Below are positions 10,490 through 21,140 of a stretch of 55,575 nucleotides of DNA, piece by piece (positions within the stretch are counted from its first letter, which is position 1; each line of letters opens with the position of its first letter). A model generated the notes under the pieces. The model saw only the letters and a program-made list of their open reading frames with translations, was not told the DNA's origin and did no database searches. Origin of the DNA: an uncultured Mycoplasmatota bacterium (GTDB lineage Bacteria > Bacillota_I > Bacilli_A > RF39 > UBA660); assembly GCA_947426265.1 (NCBI GenBank), contig CANEDJ010000004.1:1-55575 (forward strand), in the 5' to 3' direction. The translations under genes were made by a program, and so were the position numbers.

Positions 10490-11260
10490 ATGGCACGTCA
10501 TAAAGTAGACATTTGTGGCGTGAATACTGCGAATATTAATGTATTAAGTAATAATGAACAAATAGAGCTTTTAAAAAAATTTAAAGATGGAGACATTTTC
10601 GCGAAAGATGAATTAGTAAGCGGAAATCTAAAATTAGTATTATCCATTTTAAGAAAATTCAGCAATCGAGTGGATAATATGGATGACTTATTTCAGGTAG
10701 GTTGTATTGGCTTAATTAAAGCCATTGAAAACTTTGATTTATCTCATGAAGTTCGATTTTCTACTTATGCAGTACCTATGATTTTAGGAGAAATTAAACG
10801 TTATTTAAGAGATAACAATAGTGTTCGAATTGCTAGAAGCATTAAAGATACTGCTTACAAAGCAAACAAAGTTAAAGAAGAACTCACCAATGAACTAGGA
10901 AAAGAACCTAGTATTCATATGATAGCTACAAAATTAAATATGAGCGATTTTGAAGTTGGAAATGCTTTAGATTCTATGAAAGATACAATCAGTATGTCAG
11001 AACCTATTTATAGCGATGGTGGAGACACCATCTTTCTAGAAGACCAATTGAAAGATAAAAAAAATGAAGATTTCGATTTGCATGTTGAATTAAAAGATGC
11101 GATCGCAAAATTAAAAGAGAAAGAACAATTTATTATAAGAGAGCGTTATTTGATTGGAAAAACACAAATGGAATTGGCCAATGAAATTGGTATTTCACAA
11201 GCTCAGATTTCACGTCTAGAGAAAAGTGGATTAGAAAATATCAAAAAAATGATGCAATAA
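10490..11260 (+). CDS. sigG: Sporulation sigma factor G
   Basis: MARHKVDICGVNT N-terminus; DDLFQVGCIGL, RFSTYAVPMI and GISQAQISRLEK motifs. Confidence 0.95.
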   Translation: MARHKVDICGVNTANINVLSNNEQIELLKKFKDGDIFAKDELVSGNLKLVLSILRKFSNRVDNMDDLFQVGCIGLIKAIENFDLSHEVRFSTYAVPMILGEIKRYLRDNNSVRIARSIKDTAYKANKVKEELTNELGKEPSIHMIATKLNMSDFEVGNALDSMKDTISMSEPIYSDGGDTIFLEDQLKDKKNEDFDLHVELKDAIAKLKEKEQFIIRERYLIGKTQMELANEIGISQAQISRLEKSGLENIKKMMQ

Positions 11261-11287
11261 AAACAATACTAAAAAAAGTATTGTTTT
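11260..11287. terminator. Bidirectional terminator after sigG
   Basis: AAAACAATACT-6 nt-AGTATTGTTTT. Confidence 0.75.
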
Positions 11288-11305
11288 CTATTTAAAAAAC
11301 CCTTG

Positions 11306-11950
11306 TTATGATTTTTTATAAACATATTCCTTTGGTTTTTCTTCTATAACATCTTTCCCAATTCCCCAATAAGAATGAACACTTTTCCAGCCTGGATAAT
11401 TTGCATCACCAAATTCTTCTGCCATCTTTCTTAACGCATCTTCCCTATCAAATCTAGCATCAGCTTCTTCTCTGCTTATTTGTCCTCTTGCTCTACGAAT
11501 CTGCCCTGCTACAAATAATTTTTCTTGTTCATTTCCAAAATATATTTCTTCTACAAAAGAATCCTCTACTACACTTCCAACGTGTACACCATAACGACAA
11601 CGTAAACTCATACGTGCACTTCTATCATAAGGTAAACTATTATAATACATTGACCCTCTAATTCTTCCATTTTCATCTTTAATGTCTGTCCATAAACAAT
11701 GATCTGTTTCCTCTAAAGTCCATCCCTTAGGTAAGGTTGCCCTACATAGAATATCATCATCTGGAATATCCGTAAATGTAAAACCTAACTGTTCCCATTC
11801 TTCTTTACTTGGCTTCATTCTTTTTGCCATCATGACACTATTTAATGCATTTCTTCGCTCTTCAATGTTCATATGATCCAAAACATCAGGTTCTCTATCA
11901 AATATACGCACTAGTATTAATAGTGCCTCTAATTCTGCTTTACTTTTCAT
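11306..11950 (-). CDS. Hypothetical protein, reminiscent of an uncharacterised phage-associated family
   Basis: 214-aa ORF with a GGGGGA RBS; motif LGF.F...DD....ATLP.GW...TDH..W..I.DE.GR.R...Y....YDR.A.M. The family resemblance is from memory only. Confidence 0.75.
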   Translation of the reverse strand: MKSKAELEALLILVRIFDREPDVLDHMNIEERRNALNSVMMAKRMKPSKEEWEQLGFTFTDIPDDDILCRATLPKGWTLEETDHCLWTDIKDENGRIRGSMYYNSLPYDRSARMSLRCRYGVHVGSVVEDSFVEEIYFGNEQEKLFVAGQIRRARGQISREEADARFDREDALRKMAEEFGDANYPGWKSVHSYWGIGKDVIEEKPKEYVYKKS

Positions 11951-12042
11951 ATAAATCCCCCTAACAATAAAATTTATTATAACAAAGTTTAAAAAAAATC
12001 TATATCAATTACCCAAAAAAAAGCAATACAAAACTTGTATTA

Positions 12043-12834
12043 CTAAACTCCTACTGACATTGTTTCAGGAAGTGTTGAACCTCCATCAATCACAATTCCT
12101 TGACCTGTAATATAAGAAGATTCTGAGCTTGCTAAAAAGGCCGCCAATTCTCCTAATTCTTCTATTGTTCCCAAACGCTTCATTGGAATTCCTGCTGCAA
12201 TACCATCAATTACAGATTCAGGATTTTCATTATCAGATTCTTCTGCAATTCCATCTACCATTGGAGTCTTAATATACCCTGGCATTATTGCATTTACCCT
12301 AATATGATCAGTTACTAATTCTGCTGCCAATGCTTTTGTAAAGCCAATTAGAGCTGCTTTAGTTGTAGCATAAGCTACTTCTCCTGGATCGGCCACCATT
12401 GGTCCTGTAACACTAGACAAATTGATAATAGATCCGCCTGTTTCTTTCATATATGGAAGCGCTGATTTGGTAACATTCCATGTCCCTTTGATATTAATAT
12501 CAAAATGAAAGTCTCTTGTTTTATCGTCCATGTCCTCGAACCTAGTTAACTTAGCTACTCCAGCATTGTTGACTAAAATATCAATACTTCCAAATTTCTT
12601 TCCAATTGCTGACATACAAGCATCTACCATTTTGGCATCTCTAATATCAACCTGAAATCCCGCTACTACATTCTCCGAATTTTTTAATTTTTGTAAAGAC
12701 TCTTTTAATTTATCTGAATAGTCTAAAACAATTACTTTAGCGCCATATTTTAAAAATACTTCAGCAATTCCGTATCCATTTCCCATCGCGCCACCTGTAA
12801 CAACTGCTACTTTTCCATCTAACTTCTTCATCAT
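12043..12834 (-). CDS. Short-chain dehydrogenase/reductase (UcpA-like)
   Basis: TGGAMGNG, VNNAG, YATTK and VIDGGSTLPET motifs; probable start MMKKLDGK at 12834. Confidence 0.93.
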   Translation of the reverse strand: MMKKLDGKVAVVTGGAMGNGYGIAEVFLKYGAKVIVLDYSDKLKESLQKLKNSENVVAGFQVDIRDAKMVDACMSAIGKKFGSIDILVNNAGVAKLTRFEDMDDKTRDFHFDINIKGTWNVTKSALPYMKETGGSIINLSSVTGPMVADPGEVAYATTKAALIGFTKALAAELVTDHIRVNAIMPGYIKTPMVDGIAEESDNENPESVIDGIAAGIPMKRLGTIEELGELAAFLASSESSYITGQGIVIDGGSTLPETMSVGV

Positions 12835-13033
12835 ACCCCGTCCTATCCTAGTACTATCTTTATCCATTATAGCACAATTCCAATAAAAAGAATAGTAAAG
12901 TTTGTTTTTATAACACACTTATAGCCATTATTTCAACCCAATGACATATAAACAAATTCCCATATTCGTTGCTTTAAAATTGATCAAACAACTTAAAATT
13001 CGATTTCATACAAAAAGAACTGTTTTTCAGTTC

Positions 13034-13726
13034 TTATATTTTATTTAAATTTTGTAGTTTCCGAATCACTTTTTTCTCAATTCTAGAAATATATGACTGA
13101 CTAATTCCAAGTACATCTGCCACATCTTTTTGCGTCATTTCAGTAGAATTATAAAGTCCATACCTTAAAATCATAATTTTCTGATCACGTTCATTTAATT
13201 TTTTGATTTCACTATACAGTAATGACTTTTCTGTTTCATTTTCTAATCCTTTGGTTACAATATCTGATTCAGTTCCCAAAATATCCTCTAATCTCAGTTC
13301 GTTTCCTTCTGCATCATAACTAAGACTATCTTCAAAACTAACTTCACCTCTTCTTTTTTTATTCTTTCTTAAAAACATTAAGATTTCATTATCAATACAT
13401 CTAGAAGAATAAGTCGCCAATTTAATATTTTTATCTGGTTTATAGGTACTAACCCCTTTAATGAGACCAATTGTTCCAATACTAACCAAATCTTCCAAAT
13501 CAACGCCTGTATTTTCATACTTTTTGGCTAAAAATACAACCAAACGCAAGTTATGTTCAATCAGTTTACTTTTAGCTGACTCGTCACCTTCTATACTTTT
13601 TTCTATGTATAAAGCCTCTTCTTCTTTAGAAAGTGGTTCTGGCAATTTATCAGCACTTCCCACAAAAAATAAATTATGATCAATTATAAAAATCTTTTTT
13701 AATAATTCCCATATTTTTCTAAACAT
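13034..13726 (-). CDS. sigE: Sporulation sigma factor E (pro-sigE)
   Basis: Pro-sequence; LIEHNLRLVV, KLATY and GISQSYISRIEK motifs; directly downstream of spoIIGA. Confidence 0.95.
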   Translation of the reverse strand: MFRKIWELLKKIFIIDHNLFFVGSADKLPEPLSKEEEALYIEKSIEGDESAKSKLIEHNLRLVVFLAKKYENTGVDLEDLVSIGTIGLIKGVSTYKPDKNIKLATYSSRCIDNEILMFLRKNKKRRGEVSFEDSLSYDAEGNELRLEDILGTESDIVTKGLENETEKSLLYSEIKKLNERDQKIMILRYGLYNSTEMTQKDVADVLGISQSYISRIEKKVIRKLQNLNKI

Positions 13727-14519
13727 ATGATCCCTCCATTACTTTCGTATGTAGTAAAACATCAATTCCATCAATGGTAATATTTTGTTTCATTATGCCA
13801 AGCAATATATTTTTTTTCTTTCCAACTCCCTTAATTTCAATTTCTGGAATTCGAATACATTCTAATAAAGTCGTTCCACTTGCTGTACTGATTGGAACCA
13901 ATATCATTTTAAATTCATTAATATCATAAATAAATTTTCGGTGATCAATCAAAATAATTGGATTATGATGATATGGTTCTACCAAATGATTTCCACTATC
14001 TAAAAAGCCATTACAGTGTAGAATTCGATTATTCCCAAAATTTAAATTTACTTGATAATAATTAGAATAATTATTTTTTAAATACATTCCCTGTTTGACA
14101 TAAATAAATAAGATGATTGGAGAAAAAATAAGCAATACAATATAGTTGACACTCAATCCGTTATGATAAAAAACAATTCCTTCTTGCTTATATGAAAATT
14201 CTACATTTAAATAATATAAAAAGCCTCCTAATATCATACTTGCACTATATAAATAAAATAAATTTTTAAATGTGTACCTAAAATCTCGAAAACCAAAAGA
14301 TAAAATTACCATAACAATACTGATTATGATTTTTAATATAAAAAGTTCTAAACTGCTTATTTTAACAAACAAAAATAATATACTAAGTCCTCCAAAAAAA
14401 GCACCTTTTAATAGTTGATTAACAGAAACATTTCTTCTTAAAATAATAGATACTCCCATTAGTAAAAAGAAATCAAACAAAAAGTTTAAAATCATAATTA
14501 AATCAAGATAGATTTTCAT
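13719..14519 (-). CDS. spoIIGA: Sigma-E processing peptidase
   Basis: MKIYLDLIMILNFLFD N-terminus, multiple TM segments, catalytic LDSGN motif. Confidence 0.93.
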   Translation of the reverse strand: MKIYLDLIMILNFLFDFFLLMGVSIILRRNVSVNQLLKGAFFGGLSILFLFVKISSLELFILKIIISIVMVILSFGFRDFRYTFKNLFYLYSASMILGGFLYYLNVEFSYKQEGIVFYHNGLSVNYIVLLIFSPIILFIYVKQGMYLKNNYSNYYQVNLNFGNNRILHCNGFLDSGNHLVEPYHHNPIILIDHRKFIYDINEFKMILVPISTASGTTLLECIRIPEIEIKGVGKKKNILLGIMKQNITIDGIDVLLHTKVMEGSYV

Positions 14520-14558
14520 GATATCACCAAAGATACTTTATCATAAAGTTTCTATAAA

Positions 14559-14840
14559 TTATGTCGTTTTATTTTTTAATTCATCAATTTCTTGCTGCAT
14601 TGCTTTAATCGTTTCTTCAAATAAGCAAATCAAATCTTGATTGGATAGTGAACTTGTTGTTTCATTGTCTTTCAAAATGGCAATTCTAGCTGCATTTGTA
14701 CATAATACTTGTCCTACTAGCATTAACCAGTTTCCTAAATCATTTTGTTGCTTTGCATTTAAATTCGGTATGATTAAAAACCCTACAACAACCGCAGTAA
14801 TTGTAAAGGCACTTGCTTGTTCATTTAATTTTTCATTCAT
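14559..14840 (-). CDS. Small hypothetical membrane-associated protein
   Basis: 93 aa with GGAG RBS; QQNDLGNWLMLVGQVL motif and C-terminal coiled coil. Confidence 0.75.
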   Translation of the reverse strand: MNEKLNEQASAFTITAVVVGFLIIPNLNAKQQNDLGNWLMLVGQVLCTNAARIAILKDNETTSSLSNQDLICLFEETIKAMQQEIDELKNKTT

Positions 14841-14910
14841 TTTTCTTCTCCATTATAGTAAATGATAATATAATAATATTTATTCAAAAAAAAGATGCCT
14901 TTTTGACATC

Positions 14911-15987
14911 TTAGAAACCTCTTTTTCTTAAAAAAGCTGGAATGATTGTATCATCTTCATTTCCTGTATCTGGATCCTCGGCCTTCTTTGCTTCTTCTCT
15001 TCTACTTGGAGCATTATAAGATTGATATAATGGTTCTGTTTTGTCTTCAAAACCAGTTGCTATTACAGTTACAATAATTTCATCATTTAAATTTTCATTA
15101 ATGACTGCACCAAAAATCGTATTGATATCTGTATTTGCAGAAGAACGAATTACCTCAGCTGCTTCCTCTACTTCAAAAAGTGTAAGATTCGCACCACCTG
15201 TCACATTAATAATAGCATCTGTTGCGCCACTAATACTAGTCTCTAATAATGGGCTTGATACAGCTTGTCTTGCTGCTTCTGTTGCTCTATCTTCTCCAAC
15301 TCCCATTCCAATTCCAATAAGCGCATTTCCTCGCTTTTCCATAACTGCTTTTACATCTGCAAAGTCAAGGTTAATTAATCCTGCTACTGCAATCAAATCA
15401 GAAATTGATTGAACACCTCTTCTTAACACATTATCAACTTCTTTAAACGAATCTAATAGTGGTGTTGTTTTATCAATAATCTCTCTTAATCTATCATTTG
15501 GAATTACAATTAAAGTATCAACATTTTTCTTTAATTCTTCTAATCCTGATAGAGCTTGTGTCATTCTTTTCTTTCCTTCAAATGAAAATGGCTTTGTTAC
15601 AATTCCTACAGTTAAAGCTCCCATACCTTGAGCTATATTGGCAATTACAGGAGCCGCTCCTGTTCCTGTTCCTCCACCCATACCACAAGTAACAAATACC
15701 ATATCTGCTCCTTTTAAAGCCTCTTCAATATCTGTTTTTGATTCTAAAGCTGCTTCCTTTCCTATTTGAGGGTTTGCTCCAGCACCCAAACCATTCGTAA
15801 GCTCTGTTCCAATTTGTATTTTAACTGGTGCTTGTGAAGTATTCAATACTTGTAAATCCGTATTGGCTACAATAAAGTCTACACCCTTGACACCAGATTC
15901 TATCATTCTATTAACGGCGTTACATCCTCCGCCACCAACACCAATTACTTTTATTTTTGCTAATTGATCTATTTCTAATCCAAACAT
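14911..15987 (-). CDS. ftsZ: Cell division protein FtsZ
   Basis: GGGTGTG signature; IPAFLR C-terminal peptide. Confidence 0.99.
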   Translation of the reverse strand: MFGLEIDQLAKIKVIGVGGGGCNAVNRMIESGVKGVDFIVANTDLQVLNTSQAPVKIQIGTELTNGLGAGANPQIGKEAALESKTDIEEALKGADMVFVTCGMGGGTGTGAAPVIANIAQGMGALTVGIVTKPFSFEGKKRMTQALSGLEELKKNVDTLIVIPNDRLREIIDKTTPLLDSFKEVDNVLRRGVQSISDLIAVAGLINLDFADVKAVMEKRGNALIGIGMGVGEDRATEAARQAVSSPLLETSISGATDAIINVTGGANLTLFEVEEAAEVIRSSANTDINTIFGAVINENLNDEIIVTVIATGFEDKTEPLYQSYNAPSRREEAKKAEDPDTGNEDDTIIPAFLRKRGF

Positions 15988-15999
15988 ATATATCCTCCC

Positions 16000-17241
16000 T
16001 TATTCGCCAAAAAAGTATCCAAATACTTTACCTAACATTGTATCGTTTGAAATATTAATTACATTTCGTTTTGATGATGATAACGCTTCCATATCATTGT
16101 TACTGATCATAGTAAAATCTTGTCCTTTTAGTTTCTGCTTATGAATGAAATAAACAATATTTCCAACTACTGAAGAATATTTATTATTCCGAATTCCTAC
16201 TACTTTTACATTTCCTACTATTGCATTCTTTCCTAATATTTCAGAAACAATGTAGTCAAAACTAGAACTGCTGCTTACCCCTCCAGTAACAATAATATAT
16301 TCAATCGGTTTTTCTGCTAGGATACTAATTTCTTTTCTTGCTAGAGTCAGGATTTCCTCTATTCTAGACATTACAATTTCAGAGGCCTCTAGTTGTTTAA
16401 TTACTACTTTTTCTCCACTTGTATTCAATACCTCATATCCTTCATTTGGACTCGCATATTTTTTATATGCCAAGGCAAACTTTTCTTTCATTCTAACTGC
16501 ATCTTTCATGTCAATTTTATACATATAAGCCAAATCATTATCAATGCTTTTTCCGCCTAATCCAATCACAGAATTTTTTACAATAATACCTTTGTTATAA
16601 AGAGAAACTGAAGTCGTTTCTGCTCCTATATTAACAATTGCTCCTACTAAGTCACTATTCTCTTTATTCTTAAAAGCATAGGCATCTCCAATACTATTTA
16701 AGGAAATATCTACAACTTCCACCCCAATTTCTTCCAATAAACTTATCACAGAATAAACATTTTTTTTAGGAGTTGTAACCATGATAGCTCTAGCACCTAA
16801 CAAAGTTCCATTCAAACCTTTTGGTTCTTTTATTCCACCTTGATTATCAATTGAAAAGTCAATTGGGAGTATTGTTACCATCTCTTTATTTGGATTTAAT
16901 TTTGATTGAATCGCATTCTCTAATACATTGATAACATCCTCTCCTACAACGGTCTCACCCAAAAGTCTAGTTTCTCCTTTTACCATCGTAAATTCAGCAA
17001 AATAACTTGGAATAGATGCAATTACTTGCTTAATATGAATTCCAAGCATATCTTCAATCTCATTAAATGCCTGCCTAATAGATATAGAAGCTTCTTCTAC
17101 ATCTGTAATTAACCCTTTTTTTATTCCTTTCGATTTAACAGAAGATGCTGCTAATAAATTTAATTTATTTTTATACAACTCACAAACAACGAGCTTGATT
17201 GTATCTGAACCAATATCAATACTTGTATAAATATGTTTCAC
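16000..17241 (-). CDS. ftsA: Cell division protein FtsA
   Basis: IDIGSDTIK, NIGAETT and VTGG motifs; upstream of ftsZ. Confidence 0.97.
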   Translation of the reverse strand: MKHIYTSIDIGSDTIKLVVCELYKNKLNLLAASSVKSKGIKKGLITDVEEASISIRQAFNEIEDMLGIHIKQVIASIPSYFAEFTMVKGETRLLGETVVGEDVINVLENAIQSKLNPNKEMVTILPIDFSIDNQGGIKEPKGLNGTLLGARAIMVTTPKKNVYSVISLLEEIGVEVVDISLNSIGDAYAFKNKENSDLVGAIVNIGAETTSVSLYNKGIIVKNSVIGLGGKSIDNDLAYMYKIDMKDAVRMKEKFALAYKKYASPNEGYEVLNTSGEKVVIKQLEASEIVMSRIEEILTLARKEISILAEKPIEYIIVTGGVSSSSSFDYIVSEILGKNAIVGNVKVVGIRNNKYSSVVGNIVYFIHKQKLKGQDFTMISNNDMEALSSSKRNVINISNDTMLGKVFGYFFGE

Positions 17242-17356
17242 ATGATCATCTCCTACAATCTAATAACAATTATACTATATATTTTAAAAAAGTAAAAGAG
17301 ATATAATAAAAAAAGTGACAAAAAGAAAGCTTTCTCAATCACTTTTTAAAATTTAT

Positions 17357-18250
17357 CTATTTAGATACTAAAAAATTAGCACGATATACTTTTTTCTTTA
17401 TAAGATCATTATTTGCCTTAGAATCACAAGTCATAATAACACTACCAGATTGTTCACTAAAATCGCTTAGTGTAGAAATCATATTTAAACGACGATTATC
17501 ATCTAAAGACCCCCAACCAATTCCATCTAACAATAATGGTTGTCCTTTTTCTTGATTGCTTAAAATTGAAGCTAGATAAAGGCATCGTTCTTCTGTTGAA
17601 GAAAGCTGATATGGATTATTTGGAAGTCCCAATTCTTGAAACATAGACCATAACTTTTGATAATAATAAGTAAGTATGTCTTGATCTGCACTTTGAATAT
17701 TTTGAATATAAGATTCTTCCGTTGGATAACCAACTTGAACAATTGGAGATTTTAGAACTTCGGATAACTCTCTTAAAAAAGCCAAACTGCTTTTTGTCTC
17801 TGAATCTGAAACAACATTAAAATTACGAAGTTTATATTTCTCTGCTCCTACTGTAATTATAGAGCCAAGTTCTCTTTTTTTATTTTCAAATAAAATTTTA
17901 GAAAATTCTGAAGCTTTTAAAAATAGCTTTCTCATATATCTAAAATTTTCTTTTATATCCCACATGTCACTAGTTAACTGCATTTCATCTGGCAAAAGAA
18001 AGACCAAGTTCAGATTATATTGAAGAGTTTCTTGTTCTTGCCTATAAATAGGAAATAAAATTTCACTTGCAAATTCTTCATACCCATCTTCTGTTAATAT
18101 TCCTGCTTGCAACACCTGTTCTCTAACCTTTTCTTCTCTTAAATCCAACACAAAAAAGTGTGCTTTTTCATGTCCTACAAAAGTTTGGATATATTTTGCA
18201 TAACGAATTCTTTTTCCACGAAATAAGAAATTTGAACTTTGTTTGATCAT
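17357..18250 (-). CDS. Hypothetical protein: MC1-like N-domain fused to a degenerate ABC-ATPase fold
   Basis: LQYNLNLVFL..IKENFRYMRKLF; LSSTEE (signature-like); PLLLDG..GSLDD (Walker B/D-loop-like); no GxxGxGK. Confidence 0.6.
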   Translation of the reverse strand: MIKQSSNFLFRGKRIRYAKYIQTFVGHEKAHFFVLDLREEKVREQVLQAGILTEDGYEEFASEILFPIYRQEQETLQYNLNLVFLLPDEMQLTSDMWDIKENFRYMRKLFLKASEFSKILFENKKRELGSIITVGAEKYKLRNFNVVSDSETKSSLAFLRELSEVLKSPIVQVGYPTEESYIQNIQSADQDILTYYYQKLWSMFQELGLPNNPYQLSSTEERCLYLASILSNQEKGQPLLLDGIGWGSLDDNRRLNMISTLSDFSEQSGSVIMTCDSKANNDLIKKKVYRANFLVSK

Positions 18251-18310
18251 AGTAAGCCTCTTTTCATAAAACAGTCATTATAATATCAAAAAAAAGAGAT
18301 AGATTCAAGT

Positions 18311-19060
18311 CTATCCTTCTAAAATTTCAAAAGAATTTCCAGCATCCAATTTAATAATTCCTTTTTTTCCAATAAACTCATCTTTACTAATAATTTCTGT
18401 ATAATGATTAATCAATGAAAACCGGGTAAGAGTTAAGTAAACATAGTTTCCATCACTCATAGAAAGAAGAAATCTACCATCATCCACTTCATTTGGATCA
18501 TATTTAATTTCTGAAATTCTTCCCAAAATATCCTTAGAAACTTCTCTCATTCTTTCCATAAACTGTTCATATTTGGTATTAGGAATATAATTGATAACCA
18601 AAGGTACATCAAAAGTTGCTTTCACTTCTGTCCCATCTAGCAAAACGATTTTATTATTTGGCTGATAATAAAACATAGGATAATTTTCTTCTATCACAAT
18701 TAGAACTCTACCTGTCCAGTTCTTACTTACATTTGCAGATTTAATGTAAGTACTTTGCTCCAATCTTTTTTTTATTTTAGAACTTGAATTTATAAAACTA
18801 GAAGGATAATCTTGTAAATGAGCCAAATCAATGATTTCTTGATCATGTAAGTAATAATTATTTTGAATAACAATATTTTTAATTGGTGCTCTATAGCAGA
18901 AAGATAAAAAAAGATAAAGTAAGATTAAAATAATAAAGGCAATCAAGATTCTTCCATACCGAATTTTGATTTTCTTTTTTGGTTCCATCTTTTTTTGGGG
19001 TGCAATATTTGGTTGATATGAAACATTTTTTTTAACTACTTTATTTTTTTTATTTTTCAC
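18311..19060 (-). CDS. divIB: Cell division protein DivIB/FtsQ
   Basis: Basic N-tail, single TM, POTRA-like domain, ISEIKY and MSDGNYV motifs; located after murB. Confidence 0.88.
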   Translation of the reverse strand: MKNKKNKVVKKNVSYQPNIAPQKKMEPKKKIKIRYGRILIAFIILILLYLFLSFCYRAPIKNIVIQNNYYLHDQEIIDLAHLQDYPSSFINSSSKIKKRLEQSTYIKSANVSKNWTGRVLIVIEENYPMFYYQPNNKIVLLDGTEVKATFDVPLVINYIPNTKYEQFMERMREVSKDILGRISEIKYDPNEVDDGRFLLSMSDGNYVYLTLTRFSLINHYTEIISKDEFIGKKGIIKLDAGNSFEILEG

Positions 19061-19072
19061 AAAATCACCTTT

Positions 19073-19966
19073 TTATTCTACGAATTCTTGTTCTACTTTT
19101 AATTCAATTCCTGTTTCCTTTTTTACTTTCTCTTGAATTTCTCTAATTAATTGTTTAATATCTTCTCCTGTCGCTCCATCTTTATTAATAATAAAATTGG
19201 CATGTTTTTTACTTACTTCAGCACCGCCGATTTTTTTTCCTTTATATCCGATCAATTCTATTAGTCTACCAGCAAAATCTCCTTCTGGGTTACGGAATAC
19301 ACTTCCTGCACTTGGATATTCTAAAGGTTGGGTTTCCAATCGTCTTTTTTTTCTTTCCTTGATCAATTCTGAAATTTCCTCCTGGTCACCATGTATCAAT
19401 TCTATCTTTGCTTCTAAACAAATATATCCAGAATGTTTTTGCAAAAAAGACGTTCGATAATGAAATTCCATCTCTTGATTTGTAAGTTCTTTGATTTCTA
19501 ATTCTGGTGTTAATACTGTAACTGTTCTTACAATATAGCCCATATCACTTTTATAGGCTCCTGCATTCATAAAAATAGCTCCCCCTACAGTACCTGGAAT
19601 TCCAGTAGCAAATTCTAGGCCTGACAATCCCATTCTTGATGCTTTTAAAGCAAGCTTCATAATTGAGTAACCAGCCCCTACAGTAATCATAGTATCGTTT
19701 ATTTCCAAATGATGAAACGCTTCTAATTTGATTAATACCCCATTATAATGTTTTTCAAATATCAAATTAGAACCATTTCCAATAATTTTATGTTTCACAT
19801 GATTGACTTTTAAAAACTGCAATAAGGTTTTTAATTCTTCTATAGAAGTGGGAAAAATAACTGCATCTATAATTCCCTCCATTTGATATGTTGTATACTC
19901 TTTTAAATTACAGTTTGCAAGTACTTTACCACAATTTAAATTTTCTAATTGTTTTATAATATCCAT
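19073..19966 (-). CDS. murB: UDP-N-acetylenolpyruvoylglucosamine reductase
   Basis: GNGSN, GIPGTVGGA.FMNAGAY, PSAGSVFRNP and KHANF motifs. Confidence 0.98.
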   Translation of the reverse strand: MDIIKQLENLNCGKVLANCNLKEYTTYQMEGIIDAVIFPTSIEELKTLLQFLKVNHVKHKIIGNGSNLIFEKHYNGVLIKLEAFHHLEINDTMITVGAGYSIMKLALKASRMGLSGLEFATGIPGTVGGAIFMNAGAYKSDMGYIVRTVTVLTPELEIKELTNQEMEFHYRTSFLQKHSGYICLEAKIELIHGDQEEISELIKERKKRRLETQPLEYPSAGSVFRNPEGDFAGRLIELIGYKGKKIGGAEVSKKHANFIINKDGATGEDIKQLIREIQEKVKKETGIELKVEQEFVE

Positions 19967-19968
19967 AT

Positions 19969-21051
19969 TTACTTCCTATCTATTAACTTTTGAATGCAAG
20001 TAACAATTCTTGTTGCACTATCTGGAATGTCTAATTTTCTTAGTTGTTCTTTCATCTCTTGCTGCTTTAATTTATTTGCTAATATAGAATCAATGCTTTT
20101 TACTAATATATCATCCTTTAAATCCTTCTCTTCCAATAAAACTGCTGCTCCTTTTTCAGTAAGGGCTATTGCATTTTTATACTGATGGTTATTTGGAACA
20201 TAAGGACTTGGTATTAGAATAGATGGGATATGAAGTGCAATGAGCTCGCTTAATGTAGAAGCACCTGCTCTTGTTACCATTAAATCTGTATTTTTCATAA
20301 TTCGAGTCATATTTTCAATATATGGAACAACTTTTACATTTTGTGGAAATTTAGTTTTTGAAACATCATCATAATCTTTCTTTCCTGTTACAAATAAAAC
20401 TTCATAGCTTTTTCCTCGAAATTGATTCATTGTTGCCACTAAAAACTCATTAATTTTTGTTGCACCTAATGATCCCATTACAATAAGTACCAATTGTTTT
20501 TCTTGATGCAAACCAAATTCTGCTTTGCTCATTGGCATTTTTTTCACCGCATCTTCACTACAAGGATTTCCTGTAAAAATCGTTTTTTCTTTTGGAAATG
20601 AATTTACCGAATCGGGAAAAGAAACACCAATTTGATCTACATACTTACTCAAAAATAAATTAGAAGCTCCAGGGACACTATTTTGTTCATGAATAAATGT
20701 TTTAATTTTTAGTTTATGTGCGGCATAAATAACAGGAGCTGTCACATATCCCCCCACTCCAATTACAATATCAGGCTTAAAATCTTTTAATATTCTTTTT
20801 GATTTTTTAATTGCTTTCATAAAATAATAAATTGTTTTCCCATTTTTTAAAAGCTTTTTTCGATAAAAACCATAAATTTCCAATTGTTTAAAAGGAATAT
20901 GGTGAGCTGGAACAATAGAATTTTCCATTCTATCATGAGTTCCAATATATAAGAATTCACTATTGGGTTCTTTTTCTTTTATTTTATTTATAATTGCTAA
21001 CGCTGGATAAATATGACCACCTGTTCCACCTGCACTTATGACAACTCTCAT
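19969..21051 (-). CDS. murG: Lipid II GlcNAc transferase
   Basis: GGTGGHIYP, HEQN, GSLGA and RAGASTLSE motifs; start MRVVIS at 21051 preferred. Confidence 0.98.
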   Translation of the reverse strand: MRVVISAGGTGGHIYPALAIINKIKEKEPNSEFLYIGTHDRMENSIVPAHHIPFKQLEIYGFYRKKLLKNGKTIYYFMKAIKKSKRILKDFKPDIVIGVGGYVTAPVIYAAHKLKIKTFIHEQNSVPGASNLFLSKYVDQIGVSFPDSVNSFPKEKTIFTGNPCSEDAVKKMPMSKAEFGLHQEKQLVLIVMGSLGATKINEFLVATMNQFRGKSYEVLFVTGKKDYDDVSKTKFPQNVKVVPYIENMTRIMKNTDLMVTRAGASTLSELIALHIPSILIPSPYVPNNHQYKNAIALTEKGAAVLLEEKDLKDDILVKSIDSILANKLKQQEMKEQLRKLDIPDSATRIVTCIQKLIDRK

Positions 21052-21140
21052 ATTATCACACCCTTCAAAGTTCATTATATCATATTCTATTCAATTTCTA
21101 AAGAGTTTATGAGGAGAAAAAAAATAGGAAAATCCTACTT

